Assembly: GCF_037042905.1 (NCBI RefSeq)
Contig: NC_087245.1
Location: forward strand, 40,984,001-41,048,000
Length of the DNA stretch: 64,000 nucleotides
Origin: Lytechinus pictus
Lineage: Eukaryota
Direction of reading: 5' to 3'
The translations under genes were made by a program, and so were the position numbers. Every line of letters begins with the position of its first letter. The first letter of the stretch is position 1. The notes beneath the pieces were generated by a model that ran no database searches, was not told where the DNA came from, and saw only the letters and a list, made by a program, of their open reading frames with translations. Below, piece after piece: positions 63,205 through 64,000 of the stretch.

Positions 63205-63804
63205 AGGTCAAGTTTACCCAAGAAAATTGTTGGTTCAGTTAAATTGAGAAAAGTCAAACTAGCATAACGCTGAAAATTTCATCAAAATGGGATGTAAACT
63301 AAGAAAGTTATGGCATTTTAAATTTTCACTTATTTTTCACAAAACAAAAATATTTACAACTCAGTGACATGCAAATGAGACAGTCGATAATGTCCCTCAC
63401 TCACTGTTTATTTTGTTTTTTATTGTTTGAATTATACAATATTTCATTTTTTACAGATTTTACCATAAGGACAAACTTTACTGAACCAAAAAAGTATTGA
63501 ATAATGCTAATTCCACATGATCAGGGAGGAATAAAATTTTGTTTAACATGACAAGGAGAAAATTAGAATATACCTTATTCTATATATCAAATGAAATAGT
63601 GAGTGGATGACGTCATCAGTCTCCTCATTTGCATACTGACTGTGTACAGAATGTGCATATAACTCTTTTGTAAAATTTAGCAAAATTTTTTAATGTCATA
63701 ACTTTCTTATTTTACATCCGATTTTTTATCAAATTTTCAGTGTTATGCTTGTTGGATTTTTCTCTTTTTATTCATATCAACAATTTTTGGGGTGGACTTG
63801 TCCT
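63205..63804. mobile_element. Kolobok-like MITE, same family as 37765-38357, present only in the right arm of the inverted repeat
   Basis: AGGTCAAGT...ACTTGTCCT with degenerate TTAA flanks; absent from the left arm near 58580. Confidence 0.75.
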
Positions 63805-64000
63805 TTATCTGTCCCCCTTGCTCTATCCTGTTCTATTCTTCTGTCATCTTGCCGTCATTCCTACTTTTCACAAACTTTTTTCTCTTCTGACATTCTAAGT
63901 CAGAATGAATATACTGTAAGACATCATTTTTGCAACACGTTCAAATTTAATGAATTCACTTTTGTTACATGCCCACTGATAAACTATTTCATTGAGCTAT

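Larger units (their letters stand above)
58386..64000. repeat. Large imperfect inverted repeat (arms ~58386-59945 and ~62345-64000+)
   Basis: The window end is the reverse complement of ATAGCTCAATGAAA... at 58386; colinear inverted similarity continues inward. Confidence 0.85.

Overview
AT-rich, repeat-dense animal DNA, most likely echinoderm (sea urchin); this is inferred from repeat style and gene family only. One host gene can be reconstructed: a 4-exon (possibly 5-exon) ST8Sia-like alpha-2,8-sialyltransferase (GT29) on the + strand, about 19841-37387. Most of the rest is transposon-derived. It includes a full-length but mutated Gypsy LTR retrotransposon (4447-14162; 2-kb LTRs, tRNA-Ser PBS, -1 frameshift signal with predicted pseudoknot, splice signals in the LTR) sitting just 5' of an L2/CR1-group LINE ORF, with both enclosed by the arms of a long-TIR MITE. 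There is also a near-intact Tc1 (DD34E), a Hero-type LINE fragment, three more truncated L2/CR1-group LINEs, two tRNA-derived SINEs and many MITEs (hAT-, Kolobok-, piggyBac- and Helentron-like). The right third holds a decayed three-exon THAP gene preceded by a palindromic repeat array, a young ~0.7-0.84 kb tandem array, template-switch scars and a >5.6 kb inverted duplication running off the right edge. All calls are manual; no searches were run.
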